NCBI GenBank assembly: GCA_051532055.1 | Contig: JAOPTX010000031.1 | Location: 1 to 59,294 of the forward strand | Direction of reading: 5' to 3' | DNA: 59,294 nucleotides | Source: Fibrobacterales bacterium | GTDB lineage: Bacteria > Fibrobacterota > Fibrobacteria > Fibrobacterales > JAOPTW01 | Part shown: in pieces, positions 20,031 to 29,121 of the stretch | How positions within the stretch are numbered: position 1 is the first letter of the stretch | Layout: the number at the start of each line of letters is the position of its first letter | Position numbers and translations under genes: made by a program | The notes under the pieces: generated by a model | What the model saw: the letters and a program-made list of their open reading frames with translations, nothing else | The model's database searches: none | Told to the model about the DNA's origin: nothing

Positions 20031-21599
20031 TCATTGCAAAGGACTAAAGTAAACAGTTACTTCTGTATCTTCGGTATGACCATATATATAACAACCTGTT
20101 TGGGTTCTTCCACCTGGGAATACATATATTGAAGAATCAGTTGAAGTGAAAAGAGCATCGCCTTTTGTTATAACAGCAGAATCCACTTGGTGCCCCTCAA
20201 ATGCTTTACTCTCGATATAAGTGTTGTGACCACTATAGACGAACCGATCTGTTTCAATACTTCCTGAATCCAATGCGATGCTTGTCAATTGGAAGCTATC
20301 CGGCTCAAATAATGCATAAATTTCAAAATTACCTTTGGGATTGAGAACAGAGTCCCCAACAATAGTTCCTTTTCTGTAACCAAGTTCATACTTTATAAAG
20401 GTATGTCCTTCATGAGCTGTTTGCGAAATAGCAAAAGACTCACCATTTATATATGTTTCAGGTCCAGTGACAATCCCCCCAATGCCGCTACGCTTTTTCG
20501 AAGAAGCGGTATACTCTACCGTGTATTCAGCATCGGTAAAATGAGCCTTTACCACTACATCTGATTTAATATCAGAAACCTGGGCATTAAAATAATTATT
20601 ATAGTCTTTTTCCAATCGTTCTATTTGAGCATCCCCAACAAGAAGTTCAAGGCTATCAAACATGTACCCATCATCACCTTTAAGGTCGAAGCCCCGGTTA
20701 TTATTGTGACCAATTACTGTCCTTAAATAGAGTGTATTGGATCTATAAAGGGTATATGACTCATTAAGAGTCCCTTTGCCATCTGTTGCCCAATAGAGAT
20801 AGTGCACCGGAGTATGATCAACCAATTCCCTATCTACAGATCTCAAATAAAAGGTACGCACCTCCCCTTTCGTGCCATCGGTGAAAACGGGAGTGGTCAT
20901 TATAACATAGTTCCCAACGTCAGGTAATAGGGCATGAGTAACCACAAGTGTATCATTAACAACCAATTGCTGTTTGTATGGGAGTACTGACTTACCATCA
21001 ATGAGATTGTAGGTAACAGCGGTATAGGCAATATTTTTTTTGAGGAATGGGTCTTTGAGCAAATATGTTTTTGAAACATTTGTTCCTATTGAGTCTGTAG
21101 GTGAAAAGTGCTCAGTTTTTAATCCGACAGAGGTAAAGAAATTTGCAGCTACCTTCCAAGATGAGGTCACTTCCTCAGAAAGTGTACCATCAGGGGTTAT
21201 CACCTTCACGTCTATATTATACCGCCCATATTGCTTGTGGGTAAAATAATAGCCGATAAATGGAGTGTCAGTTGTATCATACAGGTAGTCTTCAGAACCA
21301 CCACCCAAAGCGACAAGCTCCCATATATACCTTACAGGACCACTATATACACTGCTATCTAATTGCGCCACTGGAATCTCTCCTGTATAGCCACCAAGAT
21401 TGTGACCATTAGAAATAGTAATCACAGGCACCGTTCCGCTTTGACCTGTTTGCGTGCCACTTGATAGGCCAATCATTCCATTTGAAGAACCATTAGGAAC
21501 GTTTTCAGGAGTACCCGTTTGACCGGTTGGTGATGAGGTGTTTTCTAAACAACTTAAGAATAAAGCCGCCTGTAGAGCTATAACAAATAATAATTTCAT
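20031..21599 (-). CDS. Lipoprotein with beta-rich (InlB B-repeat/Flg_new-like) repeats
   Basis: Lipobox FLSC, 522 aa, with 'A..G..F...A.F' repeat-like segments. Confidence 0.75.
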   Translation of the reverse strand: MKLLFVIALQAALFLSCLENTSSPTGQTGTPENVPNGSSNGMIGLSSGTQTGQSGTVPVITISNGHNLGGYTGEIPVAQLDSSVYSGPVRYIWELVALGGGSEDYLYDTTDTPFIGYYFTHKQYGRYNIDVKVITPDGTLSEEVTSSWKVAANFFTSVGLKTEHFSPTDSIGTNVSKTYLLKDPFLKKNIAYTAVTYNLIDGKSVLPYKQQLVVNDTLVVTHALLPDVGNYVIMTTPVFTDGTKGEVRTFYLRSVDRELVDHTPVHYLYWATDGKGTLNESYTLYRSNTLYLRTVIGHNNNRGFDLKGDDGYMFDSLELLVGDAQIERLEKDYNNYFNAQVSDIKSDVVVKAHFTDAEYTVEYTASSKKRSGIGGIVTGPETYINGESFAISQTAHEGHTFIKYELGYRKGTIVGDSVLNPKGNFEIYALFEPDSFQLTSIALDSGSIETDRFVYSGHNTYIESKAFEGHQVDSAVITKGDALFTSTDSSIYVFPGGRTQTGCYIYGHTEDTEVTVYFSPLQ

Positions 21600-21791
21600 A
21601 GTATACCCACTGTTCTAAAAGACATTGAACACATTTCTAGATCGCTTACTACAAACCTACAACAATACAGGATACTTTGTACCCTAAAAACAGTATTGAC
21701 AACTTGGATATAACCGCTTGCTAACAGGTCTAATATACCATGTCGTAACTCGTAGGATACAAAGAACTGTTTAGTGATTGGTTACTGAAAC

Positions 21792-21830
21792 CTACTTGTT
21801 CTGACAGTGGATTTTCGGGAGGATTACACT
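21792..21830. promoter_or_regulatory. Conserved intergenic element, copy 3
   Basis: ctacttgttctgacagtggattttcgggaggattacact. Confidence 0.55.
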
Positions 21831-21839
21831 CCTCTGCAT

Positions 21840-22410
21840 AGGCAAACCACTCGTTGCCTTTTGAGTAGTTTTTCTTTGGGAGGATATGTTTCTGGACAGC
21901 ATCCGTATGTATGTGATAGTTAGCTTTTGCTATTATACGTTTAACGTTCCATTCTAAGTTAGTAGACTTTGATTCAAGCTCCTTAAGTCGTTTAAATTCT
22001 TTTATTAAATACAGCTTAAATTTAACCGATACCCAAGAAGCGAATTCAAATACAATATCTTTATGTGCATAAGTTCCTCAATATCTACCTTGTTTGGACT
22101 CTATACCAATTGCATTTGTAGTCTCAATCCATTGTTTAGGGGTGAGGGTGAAAGAGTTTAAATCCGCATTCTTTTTAAACCGGTCGAATTCGACGGGTTT
22201 AAACTCAGAATTGTTAATTACTTCCCACAATCCTAAAAACTCTATGGTCATTCTGTTTCTAAGCCAGTTTCTTATCACATCAGCTGACTCCTTAGGGTTT
22301 TTATATCTTACAATATCAGTTAAACAAATATAATCCTGAGTACTACTGATTCTAGTACGTACTTCTTGTGCAAGAACAATCAATGAGCTCACAAGTCTCC
22401 TCCTTTTCAT
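21840..22410 (-). pseudogene. KilA-N domain DNA-binding protein with an in-frame stop and a 3' truncation
   Basis: DYICLTDI...NWLRNRMTIEFLGLWE...GRY*GTYAHKDIVFEFASWVSVKFKLYLIKEFKRLKE. The TGA at 22078-22080 replaces the conserved Gly. Confidence 0.85.
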
Positions 22411-22758
22411 ATAAGTATGTAGCGTGTCGGGCAGTAAAATGTCAGACTGTGCGTGGCCCTAGGTATCCATCGATTTGGATACCCGAGAATTATATCCTCT
22501 TGGTTCTAACCAGAGTAAACGTCTAAGCGAATACTAATTAACAATATAATCACTAGTGCTCACTTGTGTAATTTACTAAATAACTGAGTGAGATGGATTG
22601 TCTATTTCTCCTTTCCTATGACATTATTAATGTTCGAGGTGTTTTATAATTAACTCACCAAAGTGCGACGGCTGTTCACGGGGGAAATGTTTGATTGGGG
22701 GTTACATCTATTTCTTTTAAGACGTTTAATAACTGTACACCTATTTAATCATGGCAAT

Positions 22759-23238
22759 ATGAAAACTTCAAAACACATCTCTCTGTTCCAACTCCCCTTA
22801 CTTCTTATACTGTACTTAGTATCTTCACCTCTCTATGCTTCTGGTGGGTTTTTTAAATTTACTGACACGCCCATTCTCACGATTGGACCCAATTTTAATC
22901 TTAGTTTTGGAGGTAGCGAAGTTGACTTTTCATGGGGTGTCAGTGCTGCGCTCTGGTATTACCCTAAAGACTTAGCAGCTGAAGCTCTTGGATTTAGTAT
23001 TAACACAGGCTATGAATTCAATGACATAAACAAAAAATATGTTGAATTTCAGATGGGAAATATGGTTGGGGGCCTATCGGGAGGTTTAGTATGGGATGAG
23101 AACAACACCATGGGTTACCAAGGGTCTCTTTGGTTTGCTTTGATGGAGTTGAGAATACGAAATTTGAATGCACAAAATACGATCACTCCCAGCCACTTTC
23201 TACATGTGCCAATTATGGATTATGATCCTTATGATTGA
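22759..23238 (+). CDS. Hypothetical secreted or outer-membrane beta-stranded protein
   Basis: Likely start MKTSKH at 22759. Signal peptide followed by alternating aromatic/Gly strands. Confidence 0.6.
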   Translation: MKTSKHISLFQLPLLLILYLVSSPLYASGGFFKFTDTPILTIGPNFNLSFGGSEVDFSWGVSAALWYYPKDLAAEALGFSINTGYEFNDINKKYVEFQMGNMVGGLSGGLVWDENNTMGYQGSLWFALMELRIRNLNAQNTITPSHFLHVPIMDYDPYD

Positions 23239-23250
23239 TATTTTTTTAAC

Positions 23251-23540
23251 CTTGAGCTTGACACCTTGTCTTCTGATCTCTGAGAGGCGGTAGTGGCTCA
23301 TAATGACGTTTTCGAGGTCGTCATTATTAAACTCCACTATCTGAGACATGAACTCGAAATACCGAACGTAGGTCCCGAGTTCCTTACGGAAAACCTCGAG
23401 TTCATCTTTTCCGGCCTTCACTTCTTTGTACGCTCAAGAGTGTCTCTTTTAGCATTGTAAGCCTCACGGGCAACTACAAAGCGAACCTTCCACCGTTATA
23501 CCGCAGGTTTACAGATATTGGCTAGAGCAGCGTTGCTTTT
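23251..23540 (-). pseudogene. hsdR: HsdR C-terminal fragment, copy 2, with two internal deletions
   Basis: Colinear with 25941-26346 apart from deletions between tcgaggtcg repeats (78 bp) and acttcttt repeats (49 bp). Confidence 0.8.
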
Positions 23541-23600
23541 GCTGTTTGCATGAAGGAATCATAGAACAGGGTTACCTCCAGCCAATTGAATTACCAGACT

Positions 23601-24395
23601 TTATTTGATCTTAATATAATAATACACAGAATTATTAATAGGTCGTGTTTCAATATCACCACCAACTATTGTATGTCGATGATCCCCAACTGTAGATGTT
23701 TTGGGTGAAGACGTGCCAGTTGCTGATGCACCATCACCATGGTCATACCTTCCAGCCCTTAATCCGGTTTCAACTTTCCCAAATTTTCCTGGTATTGCTG
23801 TATCTTCATACCCTGTAGCATGAAAATGTTCTCCGCTATAATTCGCTAAAAAGACAGAATTGGGTTCAGAAGTCGCATCCCCCTGGTAGCTCCCAACTTC
23901 TCGACCAACACCGTCTACATCTCGCCCAGATCCTAGATCCATGCCTCTTAAAAAAGTACCCCTAAAATCTGGTACAGTACCAATACCAGTTACTGAAAAA
24001 TACTCAGCTGAAGCAATTCGTCCATCTGCTAGAGTCCAAGTAGTTCCAAAGCCTGGTAAAGCACTTGAATCGAGCATAGAAGGAATTATCGTTCCAATGG
24101 GGAGTAGATCAGTAGAGGTCAAGTCTTTGGTTAGCGCAACTTCATCTTTAAGTATAGATATTGAATCAGAAAGCTTTGCCATCAAAATATTTTGCGCTGT
24201 ACCCGACTCGCTTAATATGACAATAAGTGAATCGCTATTAGTGTTTTTTGTTTCTAGTTCAGAAATCTTTTGAGCTAAATACGCAAAATTGGCATTCACC
24301 TCATCAGCAGAGGCTACCTCACCATTCTTAAATTCTTTTAATTGGCTAAATCCACTGATAGCCATGAGTGCTGTGCATATTATTATTTTAATCAT
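23601..24395 (-). CDS. Secreted protein with coiled stalk and phage tail collar/tail-fibre-tip-like domain
   Basis: Signal peptide, then FKNGEVASADEVNANF, then PIGTII...WTLADGR...VPDFRGTFLRG...HFH...HRH...ETRPINNSVYYYIK. Confidence 0.8.
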   Translation of the reverse strand: MIKIIICTALMAISGFSQLKEFKNGEVASADEVNANFAYLAQKISELETKNTNSDSLIVILSESGTAQNILMAKLSDSISILKDEVALTKDLTSTDLLPIGTIIPSMLDSSALPGFGTTWTLADGRIASAEYFSVTGIGTVPDFRGTFLRGMDLGSGRDVDGVGREVGSYQGDATSEPNSVFLANYSGEHFHATGYEDTAIPGKFGKVETGLRAGRYDHGDGASATGTSSPKTSTVGDHRHTIVGGDIETRPINNSVYYYIKIK

Positions 24396-24405
24396 ATGTT
24401 TATTC

Positions 24406-25296
24406 CTATTGAGACCATTTTGCTGGTGCGCCCCATGTAAATGTTCCCCAGCGAGCTATAGAATCAACAACACTACTTGATGACGACCCTATACTTTCTT
24501 GTGAACTTTCTGAATTAATACTTTGAGATGATGACAGTAAACTAGAGGATGATACTGAACTTGAAATTTCTACTGAACTCGATATAGTACTCTCAGGGAT
24601 ATCGATCGGCTCAGAAACCAAGGGATACTCTAGGAGTATTGATTCTATCGCAACTAAAAATTTTGTTTTAAACTGCGTTGGTATGTCGGACACTCCCCTA
24701 CCAGTAATCGTATCAACAACAGATTGGGTAAACGTGAGTGTGTCAAATCTATCGGTAGCAATATAGAGGCTATAGAGATATGATGATTCACTTTGAAGGA
24801 GGCTATCACCGAGAAGGTGGTCGATAATCATAGAATCAAGGATTATACTGTCACCTACCTGGGGGTTTATGATCTGCGCTCGATACTGTTTTAGAGGTTC
24901 AACCACCAACGAATCCAATTGATACTCAGAAAAGGTTATTTCAGAATTAGGGGAAACCGTAATGTTTTTAATTAAAAAAGGAATACCTTCCATATAGCAT
25001 TGATACTCCATTGTTAAATCACCCGGTCTCTGTGAAGGAATATTGAATGCTAGAACTATTTTCTGCCCTGCTTGAGTTGAATCAGTAGCGGAATAGTATG
25101 AAACGTCTAGCTCATCGGAATCAAAAGTAAAGGGAGTTTCAGCAGAATCAAGTGAGTAGAATCCTTTGATACTATCAACCTTAAGGTTTGATTCATTAGT
25201 TATAGAGATATTGAAGCTTTGCTCTGGAACCACACTGTTTTCGCAGGCTATCATTAAAAAAAGTGCTGATACTACTATGATTAAAAATGAAAACAA
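24406..25296 (-). CDS. Lipoprotein with Ser-rich linker and C-terminal Trp-rich motif
   Basis: Lipobox MIAC. Ends SSSSSVVDSIARWGTFTWGAPAKWSQ, 10 bp upstream of the tail-collar gene. Confidence 0.75.
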   Translation of the reverse strand: MFSFLIIVVSALFLMIACENSVVPEQSFNISITNESNLKVDSIKGFYSLDSAETPFTFDSDELDVSYYSATDSTQAGQKIVLAFNIPSQRPGDLTMEYQCYMEGIPFLIKNITVSPNSEITFSEYQLDSLVVEPLKQYRAQIINPQVGDSIILDSMIIDHLLGDSLLQSESSYLYSLYIATDRFDTLTFTQSVVDTITGRGVSDIPTQFKTKFLVAIESILLEYPLVSEPIDIPESTISSSVEISSSVSSSSLLSSSQSINSESSQESIGSSSSSVVDSIARWGTFTWGAPAKWSQ

Positions 25297-25523
25297 TTAA
25301 TGACTCCCAATGTGATACTATCGTGCTTACTTAACACAAACAAACAAATACCACTACTAACACACTCTATAGGTGTCTAAAAGGTAAAAAGTGATTCGAA
25401 TATTACAATATGCGTAAATCATCATTTACATTATATCTGATAATAGTTGTCGTTGGAATAGGCTAATAGGCTAAACTGGGGTATTCTTTACCCCAGTACT
25501 ATATGTGAAAATTTAACAGATAG

Positions 25524-26346
25524 TTACCACCACACATAACTCCCCAATCCCTGCCCTGGCAACTGACCCATCACCGTTAGCATATCAAACACCACCTGAG
25601 CAAAGTCCTTTGACTTCTGAGGATCACCAAGTAACTGCATCATCTGATTAGAGTGTGCCTCACCACTATCCATTATAGCCTCTTCAAGCGCCTTAGGATA
25701 ATCACCCAGCATCGCCTGCTCAGGAGTATTGTTTTGAATCTGGTTCATGACCCGTGCATTATCGGTCATGGTATCTCTGATGGTATAGGCATAGCTCACC
25801 ATATCCTTATCAGTCAGTTCATCCGTAATAAAGATCTCATTAAGCCGGGTGATAACCTGAGAGAGGAACTCTTCCTTCTTATCCTTGGTACTTTTAGCAC
25901 CACCCGTTCCGGGAGGGTCGAGCTCTGCCCCGCTGTTTATCTTGAGTTTGAGGTCTTGTCTTCTGATCTCTGAGAGGCGGTAGTGGCTCAATATGACGTT
26001 TTCGAGGTCGAGTACATCTTCATCTATGATCTCTTCACGGAGCATGGGTCTGAAGTGCCTGGCAAAGAGGCAGAGCTTATCGAGGTCGGCATCATCAAAG
26101 TCTACTATCTGAGACATGAACTCGAAATACCGAACATTGGTTCCCAGTTCCTTTCGGAAAACCTCGAGTTCATCCTTTTCGGCCTTCACTTCTTTCAGGT
26201 CGTTTTCTGCATTGGCGAGTAATACGGGATCGTTGAACTTCTTTGTGCGTTCAAGAGCATCTCGTTTAGCTTTATAGGTATCACGGGCAGCTACAAAGCG
26301 ATTCTACCGCTGGTTTACAGATATTGGCTAGAGCGGCGTTGCTTTT
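25524..26346 (-). pseudogene. hsdR: HsdR C-terminal remnant, copy 3 (longest; helicase and nuclease domains missing)
   Basis: ELEVFRKELGTNVRYFEFMSQIVD...LSHYRLSEIRRQDLKL...LSQVITRLNEIF...NNTPEQAMLGDY resembles the C-terminus of type I R subunits. The upstream part is frameshifted. It shows no evident similarity to the intact hsdR at 43163. Confidence 0.75.
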
Positions 26347-26670
26347 CTCTTTTGCTACGGTGGCAGCGAACTAAGGATGAGACATTTGGGATTCGGTGGT
26401 TTTTCATTTAGAATTAGCTAAGGAGCGCACTAAATTTGTGATCCAACACGCCACCAGTTGTTCAAAGTTTACGTTCATTTGCACTGATATGGACTGACTT
26501 TAGGATCTCTTCGGCCATTTTCTTCTCCTTTTAGAGCAACAAATTGGTCCAACTATTTAAACGGTTAGGAATACACTATAGTATTGGGGGAGGATTACAC
26601 ACTCAGTTCATATTTATATCTATCTTTTATATCTATCTTTTATATCTCACCGCAAACAGATGAGCTCCAC

Positions 26671-28017
26671 ATGCAGTATATACTTATAGCTACTTTATTC
26701 TTTTTAAGCAGTTGCCTATTTGAATCATCAGAGACACACGATTCCCCTGCATCAAGCTCTGCCCTATTGATATCTTCAATGGATACAAGCCTCACGTCCT
26801 CTTCTTCTCAATGGGCAGAAACTATCCTTAGTTCTGAGGCTTCAACAAACACCTCAGTTCATTCAAATGATACAAGCTTACTATCCCACCTGAGCTCAAT
26901 AGGCATTTCCTCTTCTGCTACAATACACCTGAGCTCTTCTTCGTCGATATACTCCCTCTCTTCTTCATTAAACAATGGGACTGATACACTCAGTAAGACA
27001 ACATCTCACAATTTCTTAAGTGACAATAGTGATAGAGAAATAATGGAAAGCATGGACGGACTCGTGAGTTTACGTCGTTATATCGATTCCATTTCTAATT
27101 ATGATAGTTATTCATGCACGCATGACTCCATATATGATGAATGTTTTTCTTCCTTAGAAGCGTTCTATGGTAAATATCAAGAGCATTTAACCCTTATTCA
27201 ATCAAAAACATTTGAACATGCCGTTATACTTGATACACTGTACACCTTTATTCATGCTACTGATTCTAGTTATGACAAACTCGATTCTTCCTATAACTGT
27301 AATGAATCAACGGGAAACTGGGAGCTACAATACGACACAATTCCAGACTACCGTTTTGTCATTAAAAACTCTAACCTATTCATGTCTTATAACTATTCTC
27401 CTTCATATATTTGGGGCTATGAGGGAACATCTAATACCCCCTTTGCTGAATGGGAAAAGTCACATACACTCTTCTTGAGCCCTTTTAACAATCCAGAAGG
27501 TGAAGAATCTGTTACAGAATTTTTATCCAACCTTCTGAGTAAAACTCAACAGTCGCTAGGATATGGATTAGAGCACCGCATTACTCTCGACAAATTGAGT
27601 TTTTTGAATGAAGAGATTATTCGATTTAATTGTTTCTATGACGAGCAGATGCAGTATCATTACCAATTAATACAATCCCCCCATCAGACAACAATCAAAC
27701 ACGATTGCAATTCTTGGACAATCAAAGAGCGGTTAGGTTTGGAAATTCAGTATAGCTATAGCTTTACGAATACATCCTACACAATGGATATTCAGGTATC
27801 ATATAATGGTAAATCATGTAATAATAGTAGAGAAACATCTACAAGCTGGTTTCAAAGTGGAAGTGTCGCATCTATCGGGAGAAGTGAGAACGAAGCCTGC
27901 ACCCCAGAATATTCGCCAGTAATTAATCAGTCAGAATATAATGATCACACCGACGATTGTGCAGATTCACTGTATGCTATCTGGTCTGAGGATATTAAAG
28001 CCCTCGAAAATCCGTAA
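26671..28017 (+). CDS. Hypothetical lipoprotein with Ser-rich linker
   Basis: Likely start MQYILIATLFFLSSC at 26671 (lipobox LSSC). Confidence 0.75.
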   Translation: MQYILIATLFFLSSCLFESSETHDSPASSSALLISSMDTSLTSSSSQWAETILSSEASTNTSVHSNDTSLLSHLSSIGISSSATIHLSSSSSIYSLSSSLNNGTDTLSKTTSHNFLSDNSDREIMESMDGLVSLRRYIDSISNYDSYSCTHDSIYDECFSSLEAFYGKYQEHLTLIQSKTFEHAVILDTLYTFIHATDSSYDKLDSSYNCNESTGNWELQYDTIPDYRFVIKNSNLFMSYNYSPSYIWGYEGTSNTPFAEWEKSHTLFLSPFNNPEGEESVTEFLSNLLSKTQQSLGYGLEHRITLDKLSFLNEEIIRFNCFYDEQMQYHYQLIQSPHQTTIKHDCNSWTIKERLGLEIQYSYSFTNTSYTMDIQVSYNGKSCNNSRETSTSWFQSGSVASIGRSENEACTPEYSPVINQSEYNDHTDDCADSLYAIWSEDIKALENP

Positions 28018-28098
28018 TTACATGCTAACCACTTCGGTTCACTCATTCCGGAGTCTAGAAATATCCTTTACTCCACAACGATTATTTATAGTTTTTAA

Positions 28099-28193
28099 GA
28101 CCGCCTTGTCTCAGGTCAGGGTCAGTCTGGTTAATACGTCTGCAATCTAATTATAATACTGATTTAACTTGTCTCATATGTTCAGCCACTATA
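28099..28193 (-). repeat. Inverted copy of the TG-terminated repeat element
   Basis: The reverse complement reads ctatagtggctgaacatatgagacaa...tgacctgagacaagg, matching 19593-19680. Confidence 0.65.
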
Positions 28194-28227
28194 GTAGTCT
28201 TGCTGTGGAATTCCTAGTACACTCATG

Positions 28228-28728
28228 TTATTCAACAATCCAACCCTTACTATATAGAGGTTCAAGGGCGTACTTTTTCTTTTTATCCGTGATATCTAAA
28301 GAATGTATATCTTCTATGAGACTGATACCAAATTGATTTTCATACGCCTGTAGGTCGTCGTCGCAAGAACTTCTCATTGCAAGAGTCATAATTGAGCCAC
28401 GTAAAAGAATATCGTTATTGTTGTTAGATCTTATTTCATCTATTCCTTCTTTCACTTTTGCGTAAAAAGGAATTGTAGTCTCAATTTTCTCTTCTTTAAG
28501 GATCGCATTACAATAGCCGCATTTCGCTGCATTATGTAAAGCAACGTTGTTGCACTCGGGACACTTGGGACGAATATCTTTTGACAAAAGCATTATAAAC
28601 CATCCTAATGGCCCTAAGAAGAACGTTAGCAAGAAGCCACTTTGACCTCTCCCCTTACTTTTACCTATTTGATACCCAATAAAAATATTAAGACTTGCAA
28701 TAAATCCAGCTAATAAAACGGCAATCAT
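28228..28728 (-). CDS. Small membrane protein with zinc ribbon
   Basis: Start MIAVLL with RBS AAGGAG. Two TM segments (KGR...FFLGPLG) followed by CPEC...CGYC. Confidence 0.75.
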   Translation of the reverse strand: MIAVLLAGFIASLNIFIGYQIGKSKGRGQSGFLLTFFLGPLGWFIMLLSKDIRPKCPECNNVALHNAAKCGYCNAILKEEKIETTIPFYAKVKEGIDEIRSNNNNDILLRGSIMTLAMRSSCDDDLQAYENQFGISLIEDIHSLDITDKKKKYALEPLYSKGWIVE

Positions 28729-28755
28729 TTGTTCTCCTTTACCCAAAGGTTTAAT

Positions 28756-29112
28756 TTAGTAACTCCCCAGAGCAAGACAATACCCACGAGAAGATATTTC
28801 AGGATACTGTTCATTATGCTTATGTAGATCCAACTCTAGTTGTTTTGATATTTTTTTTGTGTATATAGTTGCCGATACATCTGTTTTACGTTTAGACAAC
28901 AGAGTCAATACGGTATCATCTATAAAGTTATCAATGATGAGTAATGATTTTTTAGCCGAACAAAAGAGGTTTGATGTGAAGGTATGCGCATCAAAAACCT
29001 GGCCGTTATAGAATATTCCTTGTTTTGGAAAATCAATTTGACCAATACTGGTTTTGGTTGAGAGTATAACATAACTAACATTACATATTACACTCTCATT
29101 TGACTTTCTCAT
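28756..29112 (-). pseudogene. Fragment of the C-terminal domain of ORF6N/RhuM-type DNA-binding proteins
   Basis: PKQGIFYNGQVFDAH...AKKSLLIIDNFIDDTVLTLLSKRK...IYTK...KHNEQYPEI, cut at both ends. Confidence 0.65.
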
Positions 29113-29121
29113 ACCGTTGGA

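Noticed and set aside
22078..22080. TGA at a conserved Gly position in KilA-N, suggesting genetic code 25 recoding
   Set aside because: TGA is a real stop elsewhere (hsdM, hsdS and the OLD gene in ATGA/GTGA overlaps), and the gene is also truncated. A GGA>TGA nonsense mutation explains it.
23601..24395. Prophage suggested by the tail-collar gene
   Set aside because: There are no capsid, terminase, integrase or other tail genes, and the protein has a signal peptide.
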